A stretch of DNA of 40,000 nucleotides from Blastocatellia bacterium (GTDB lineage: Bacteria; Acidobacteriota; Blastocatellia; UBA7656): positions 2,169,248 through 2,209,247 of the forward strand of contig CAVSDJ010000007.1 in NCBI GenBank assembly GCA_963726785.1, in the 5' to 3' direction. Position 1 is the first letter of the stretch. The number at the start of each line of letters is the position of its first letter. Below the pieces are notes generated by a model. It was given only the letters and a program-made list of their open reading frames with translations, was not told the DNA's origin and made no database searches. Of this stretch, positions 35,958 to 40,000 are shown piece by piece. The translations under genes and the position numbers were made by a program.

Positions 35958-37273
35958 GTGATCGGGGACATGGGTAACAAAAAAGTCCGGGCACATGGGT
36001 TACACTTTTTTCTTATGTCGCCACAGCTTCCCCAACTCGTCTTCGATTCGCATCTGCGCTTCGATTAGACGACCGAGTTTGACTGGGCCAAAGTAGACGT
36101 TCCATATACCATTATCTATTTCTTCGAGGCCGACCCATTGACCGGCACACGTTATACTGACATTTACCCAGTCACAGTTCCAGCGGATTCCTCCGTTGTA
36201 GCTCACGTAGCGCGTTTCATAATGCGCAGGATATTCCAAGGCCGGAACTTTCTTAGGGTACGGGCGCGGGCTTGGCTGGTAGACCGAAGCTGGCGTTTCA
36301 AGATTGATCGCTTCGTGAGGGCGAACTTCGTTGTACTCTTGCCGGAAAGCGTTGAACTTGCGCTGCTGCGCTCGCAGATTGCCAGCCGCAGGTCGCGTGG
36401 TTTCTGCTTTTAACGTGCGATGCATACGTTCGTGTCGGCCATTTTGTTGGGGCTTACCCGGCTCGATCAGTTCGGGCAGTATGCCAAGTTGAATCCACCA
36501 GGCTGATAGTGAAGAAAGGCGGGCAAGCGAGACGGTGGCAAAGGGCACGCCGTTATCAGTGCGGATGCGCTCAGGCAAGCCGAACTCGCGAAATACCCTC
36601 TCGAATACTGATTTGGCGGAAGCACACTCAGTCGTAAACAAAGCTTGGCAGCCAAGCAAGTAGCGCGAGAATCCATCGGTGATGGTCAGAGGATAGCAAT
36701 AGATACCGTCGTGAGTTTTGAACTGGCCTTTGAAGTCAGCGCACCAGACTTGATTGGGAGCGGCTATAATAGAAGAAGGTTTGCCGGGATGAGAGAGATG
36801 ACGGCGCTTGCGAGCTTTCTTTACAAGCCCGTGACGAGCGAGTAGGTCACAGACAGTTGTTCGAGCGGGTCAGATGCGGTTGGGATCTCGTTTAGACAAC
36901 AGCTTGAGTAGTTTCTTCGGTCCCCAGGTAGGGTGAAGGCGACGAGCATCAAGCAGGGCGTCAACGATGTCAGGATCAGTTTGGTGAGGGCATGAATTAG
37001 GCTTGCGAGAGCGATCTTCAAGGCCGGAGATGGAGTCTTGCTGGTAGCGATTGATCCACTTATAGGCAGTCTTTCTGCTGATGCCGTAATGGAGGCATAG
37101 TTCTGTGATGGAAAGAGATTGACGAAGGAAATCGGCGATGAACTGAGTCTTGTGGTCCATAGGTGATAAATTACTCCAGGGCATCTTGCACCTCCTTTAA
37201 TGGAGGACAGTATGCCGGAAAAGTGTTACCCATGTACCTGGACTAATCTGTTACCTATGTACCTGGACTATAC
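35956..37273 (-). mobile_element. IS481-family insertion sequence (boundaries approximate)
   Basis: About 45 bp imperfect terminal inverted repeats, each holding two copies of a GTCC(A/G)GG(T/C)ACATGGGT(A/T)AC-like motif. Candidate 5 bp target duplication cgtct at 35951-35955 and 37274-37278. Confidence 0.65.
36000..37184 (-). pseudogene. IS481-family transposase with an in-frame TGA stop
   Basis: N-terminal HTH ORF (36870-37184) and the rve/DDE ORF (36000-36659) are in the same frame. Translation is continuous (…DPNRI-TGA-PARTTVCDLLARHGLV…WCADFKGQF…) except for TGA at 36870-36872. Confidence 0.8.
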
Positions 37274-37274
37274 C

Positions 37275-37366
37275 GTCTAACAAGCGCATGCAGCGGAGGC
37301 CGCGAATTGGGTTTCTCATGGTTGCTTGACTGCCGCTCGCGGCCTCGCTGATGCTTGGCGTTAGAC
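37275..37366 (+). repeat. attC site 14 (92 bp)
   Basis: R'' GTCTAAC at 37275, GCAGCGGAGGCCGCGAAT...CGCGGCCTCGCTGAT, R' GTTAGAC at 37360. Confidence 0.85.
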
Positions 37367-37757
37367 CCTTGCGTGAGTGCGGTGGAGGATCAATGCTCGA
37401 CTTGCCTATGATTCCTTCCAACACAATGCCTCTTCTCAGTTTCGGCCTTCATCTTGCCCTGTCGCTTGTTCATCTCTGGGTCACACCCCTCTTGCCTTCT
37501 TGCTCAGGATTGCGCTCTCTCAATGCGATCTCGCTCTACTGATGCAGTTGCGAACAAACGGACAACAATGCTTGAACAAGCGGCAGGGCAAAGCTATGCT
37601 CTTGCTCGCCGACAGATCGTTGCCTGATGTAGCGCTTGATAACAACGAGGCCATGCGGCATAAACAGGGTGGAGCAACAGCGACCAACAGATTTGAGTCG
37701 AAGCAGAAGGGAGAAAGAAGAATCTGGCAATGAAACAGGTCATAGAAATAAAGACGG
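37361..37757. other. ORF-less cassette, family L variant c, copy 2 (cassette 15)
   Basis: 397 bp. 1 mismatch to 33455-33851. Confidence 0.85.
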
Positions 37758-37850
37758 GTCTAACTAGAGCATGCAGCGGAGGCCGCGAAGCGAGTTTCTC
37801 ATGGTTACTTTCAGTTCTCCGCGCGGCCCCGCTGATGCTGGGTGTTATAC
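37758..37850 (+). repeat. attC site 15 (93 bp)
   Basis: Identical to attC 13 except R' reads GTTATAC (37844-37850). Confidence 0.85.
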
Positions 37851-38009
37851 GCTCGCGTGCGAAATGACTTGAATACACGAACGCCTCCGCGCTGGCAGGT
37901 CTACAATGACTTTCAGTGAGATGCCGCGCTTGTCTTGACTGGCGCGAGTTTCAATTCTATTTTGGAGGCGCGGCCTTTGGGCGCTGAGGCGTGCGGGCAA
38001 AGACGCGCC
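37845..38009. other. ORF-less cassette, family S2 copy 1 (cassette 16)
   Basis: 165 bp. Shares ttatacgctcgcgt.cgaaat..cttgaatacacg.acgcc.ccgcgc, tgccgcgc, ttgac, ggcgcggc with 38415-38579 and 39475-39639. Confidence 0.85.
37935..37963 (+). promoter_or_regulatory. Candidate sigma70-type promoter inside S2 copy 1
   Basis: TTGACT - 17 nt - TATTTT, pointing into the downstream cassettes. Confidence 0.35.
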
Positions 38010-38112
38010 GTCTAACTACAGCATGCAGCGGAGCGCGGTTATCTGGTTTCACATGATGCGCGTTGGCTGAGTTGGTCTACAGCAACGCGCCCGCTGATAC
38101 TGGGCGTTAGAC
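38010..38112 (+). repeat. attC site 16 (103 bp class)
   Basis: R'' GTCTAAC at 38010, GCAGCGGAGCGCGGTTATC...CGCGCCCGCTGAT, R' GTTAGAC at 38106. Confidence 0.85.
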
Positions 38113-38317
38113 AGTCGCGTACGAAATGCTTTGAGTGCCCGAACGCCGCCGTGCCGTCAGTGGACGAGATTGATCTGAGCCATCGCCGCGCCGCAGAAAC
38201 GTGAAGCCGAATATGCAAACAGAAGCATAGAACAGCATCGTGCAAGCTGATATTGTAAGAGTGATTTGGCAGCAAGCGGCGCGGCAGAAGGCCCGGCGGC
38301 GTATCAAATGACACGAT
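38107..38317. other. ORF-less cassette, family S1 copy 3 (cassette 17)
   Basis: 211 bp. Same conserved S1 blocks. Confidence 0.85.
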
Positions 38318-38420
38318 GTCTAACTACAGCATGCAGCGGAGCGCGGTAAGCTGGTTTCAAATGGCTTGCTCCGGCTGAGTGGGTCTACAACAACGCGCCC
38401 GCTGATGCTGGGCGTTATAC
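38318..38420 (+). repeat. attC site 17 (103 bp class)
   Basis: R'' GTCTAAC at 38318, GCAGCGGAGCGCGGTAAGC...CGCGCCCGCTGAT, R' GTTATAC at 38414. Confidence 0.85.
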
Positions 38421-38579
38421 GCTCGCGTACGAAATGGCTTGAATACACGGACGCCTCCGCGCTTGCGAGTCTGCAATCACTTATAGTGAGATGCCGCGCC
38501 TGAGTTGACACGCTGCTGAAACGAAACTGTTTTGGAGGCGCGGCAGAGGGGCGCGGCGGCGTGGAGGCGATGACGCTCG
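38415..38579. other. ORF-less cassette, family S2 copy 2 (cassette 18)
   Basis: 165 bp. Same S2 conserved blocks. The central ~35 nt differ from copies 1 and 3. Confidence 0.85.
38505..38533 (+). promoter_or_regulatory. Candidate promoter inside S2 copy 2 (weaker -10)
   Basis: TTGACA - 17 nt - TGTTTT at the position homologous to the other S2 copies. Confidence 0.25.
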
Positions 38580-38669
38580 GTCTAACTACAGCATGCAGCG
38601 GAGCGCGCGAAGGAGGCTTCTCATGCTTGTCAGTGATTGCCGCGCGCCCGCTGATACTGGGCGTTAGAC
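38580..38669 (+). repeat. attC site 18 (90 bp, hybrid of the two classes)
   Basis: R'' GTCTAAC at 38580. Stem GCAGCGGAGCGCGCGAAG...CGCGCGCCCGCTGAT combines the long-class stem with the short-class centre. R' GTTAGAC at 38663. Confidence 0.85.
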
Positions 38670-38872
38670 CTCGCGTACGAAATGAAGTGAGTGCCCTAAC
38701 GCCGCCGCGCCGCCAGTCGGCGACATTGTTGCGAGTGATCGCCGCGCCGCAGAGGCGCTAGGCGGAATACGCAAATAGAAGGATGGATAGCATGCGACAG
38801 GCTGAAACTGTAACAGTGAAGACGAGGCAAGCGGCGCGGCGGGAGGCTTGGCGGCGTGTGACAAGACACGAT
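38664..38872. other. ORF-less cassette, family S1 copy 4 (cassette 19)
   Basis: 209 bp. Same conserved S1 blocks. The 5' end is 1 nt shorter (ttagacctcgcg vs ttagacagtcgcg). Confidence 0.85.
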
Positions 38873-38975
38873 GTCTAACTATAGCATGCAGCGGAGCGCG
38901 GTATGCACACTTCAAATGGCTTTCGCTGGCTCAATCGATCTACAGCCCCGCGCCCGCTGATGCTAGTCGTTAGAC
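38873..38975 (+). repeat. attC site 19 (103 bp class)
   Basis: R'' GTCTAAC at 38873, GCAGCGGAGCGCGGTATGC...CGCGCCCGCTGAT, R' GTTAGAC at 38969. Confidence 0.85.
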
Positions 38976-39377
38976 CCTTGCGGCGGTGCTGTTGAGGATC
39001 AGTGTTCGGGTTGCCAATCGAAATTCCAACCAACTGCCTCTTTCTCGCTTCACACCTCCCTTCCTGCCGCCGCTTGTTTCTTCTTCTTTCTTGCTCCTGC
39101 TTTGCTGCTTGCTTCCACACTCTTGCTATGAAGTCTGGCAGCCCTAATGTGGGATTGCACAAGATTAGCCGGGATGGTTCACCAAGCACTAGCACAAAGC
39201 TATGCTCTTGCTTGCTGACAGATCGTCGCCTGTTGTAGCGTTTGTGGGTCGGTCATTTTGGCAATAGAGTAGAAGCAACAATCAGCATCAGCCAACAGCA
39301 GAGGGAAACGAGCAAGGGTTCAGATAAAAGCAGAAGGAAGAAATTGGGATGGAATCGGTTTGGTAAAATGAAAGCGG
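38970..39377. other. ORF-less cassette, family L variant a, copy 2 (cassette 20)
   Basis: 408 bp. Identical to 30137-30544 (the ORF track shows identical spurious ORFs in both). Confidence 0.85.
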
Positions 39378-39480
39378 GTCTAACTACAGCATGCAGCGGA
39401 GCGCGGTAAGCACAGTTGAAAAGGCTTGGGCTAGCTGAGTTAGTCTGCAACAACGCGCCCGCTGATGCTGGGCGTTATAC
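39378..39480 (+). repeat. attC site 20 (103 bp class)
   Basis: Identical to attC 7 except R' reads GTTATAC (39474-39480). Confidence 0.85.
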
Positions 39481-39639
39481 GCTCGCGTACGAAATAACTT
39501 GAATACACGGACGCCGCCGCGCAGGCAGGTCTGCAATCACTTTGAGTGTGGTGCCGCGCCTGAGTTGACTGGCGCGAGTTTCAATTCTATGTTGAGGGCG
39601 CGGCAGAGGGGCGCGGAGGCGTGGTTGCAAAGACGCGAG
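39475..39639. other. ORF-less cassette, family S2 copy 3 (cassette 21)
   Basis: 165 bp. Same S2 conserved blocks. Confidence 0.85.
39565..39593 (+). promoter_or_regulatory. Candidate sigma70-type promoter inside S2 copy 3
   Basis: TTGACT - 17 nt - TATGTT. The next cassette carries a + strand ORF at 39900. Confidence 0.35.
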
Positions 39640-39742
39640 GTCTAACTACAGCATGCAGCGGAGCGCGGTAAGCTGGTTTCACATGGCTTGCGCTGGCTGA
39701 GTAAATCTACAGCCCCGCGCCCGCTGATACTGGGCGTTAGAC
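39640..39742 (+). repeat. attC site 21 (103 bp class)
   Basis: R'' GTCTAAC at 39640, GCAGCGGAGCGCGGTAAGC...CGCGCCCGCTGAT, R' GTTAGAC at 39736. Confidence 0.85.
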
Positions 39743-39899
39743 GCTGGCGATTAAAACCTGCTGCAATGCTCTGTTGGCAGATTGCGCTCTATTAATCCAA
39801 CATGCCGTACCTGAGCAGGACTGTATGTGATGAAGAGTGTGAAATAGCGCCTGCTTCAGCTATTATTTTCAAACGGGCGCTATTTATAGGAGAAAGAGA

Positions 39900-40000
39900 A
39901 TGCCTCAACTCGGACACCTTACAATAGGAACAATAATATTCCTGATCGGCGCTGTGATATACATCGTAAATCTGGTGCTTAGCTTGGCGCGAAAAGGTAC
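39900..40000 (+). CDS. Cassette-encoded membrane protein, 3' end outside window
   Basis: AGGAGAAAGAGA RBS then MPQLGHLTIGTIIFLIGAVIYIVNLVLSLARKG (hydrophobic helix). Truncated by the window edge. Cassette 22. Confidence 0.5.
   Translation, partial: MPQLGHLTIGTIIFLIGAVIYIVNLVLSLARKG

Larger units (their letters stand above)
25126..40000 (+). mobile_element. Integron: intI, attI, 21 complete cassettes and the start of a 22nd (array reaches window end)
   Basis: intI on the minus strand, then 21 imperfect-palindrome sites all oriented RYYYAAC...GTTRRRY on the + strand at 26429-39742. Confidence 0.9.

Noticed and set aside
36870-36872. TGA in the IS481 transposase as selenocysteine or a reassigned codon
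   Set aside because: TGA terminates well-supported genes in the same window, for example the GT2 fusion at 1587-1589 and mazE at 31461-31463. I see no SECIS-like hairpin immediately downstream. A nonsense mutation is the simplest explanation.
36000-37184. Programmed -1 frameshift (IS3-style orfA/orfB) for the split transposase
   Set aside because: Both parts are in the same reading frame and are separated only by one stop codon. The domain order with a single ORF is typical of IS481-family elements, not IS3.
26429-39742. Regularly recurring ~100 bp repeats could be read as a CRISPR array
   Set aside because: The repeats are 90-103 bp imperfect palindromes with RYYYAAC/GTTRRRY ends. The intervening segments are 165-3400 bp and contain genes with RBSs. 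A tyrosine recombinase with the IntI-specific insert is adjacent and no cas genes are present. These are attC sites.
1-40000. tRNA, rRNA, tmRNA or riboswitch genes
   Set aside because: By eye I found no cloverleaf-compatible segments, rRNA-like conserved blocks or known riboswitch cores in the intergenic regions. A tRNAscan-SE/Infernal run would be needed to exclude them formally.

Overview
The window has two parts. Positions 1-25 kb look like ordinary chromosome. They carry an exopolysaccharide-type locus: a GT2-methyltransferase fusion, a NodB deacetylase, two GT4 glycosyltransferases, a predicted pseudokinase and an ExeA/PEP-CTERM-type ATPase. They also carry an xfp-ackA phosphoketolase operon and a signalling cluster of CHAT-domain proteins with two sigma/anti-sigma pairs. 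Several genes in this part are decayed: a WG-repeat gene, a cydA stub, a FliA-type sigma factor, a TPR-CHAT gene and an IS6-like remnant. From 25.1 kb to the window end there is a complete chromosomal-type integron: intI on the minus strand, an attI site, and 21 attC sites (RYYYAAC...GTTRRRY, 90-103 bp) bounding 21 complete cassettes plus the start of a 22nd. Nine cassettes encode proteins: two lipoproteins, an Mrr-like nuclease, a membrane protein, DUF2255, Uma2, mazEF, a PD-(D/E)XK-like protein, and a brnTA pair hit by both an IS66-family and an IS481-family element. The main finding is that 12 of the 21 cassettes have no conserved ORF and fall into three repeated sequence families, named here S1 (4 copies), S2 (3 copies) and L (5 copies). 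These families show conserved GC-rich complementary segments. S1 may carry a 43-44 codon hydrophobic micro-ORF on the bottom strand, and S2 carries a conserved promoter-like motif facing into the array. The taxon cannot be assigned from sequence alone. No rRNA, tRNA or CRISPR was seen.
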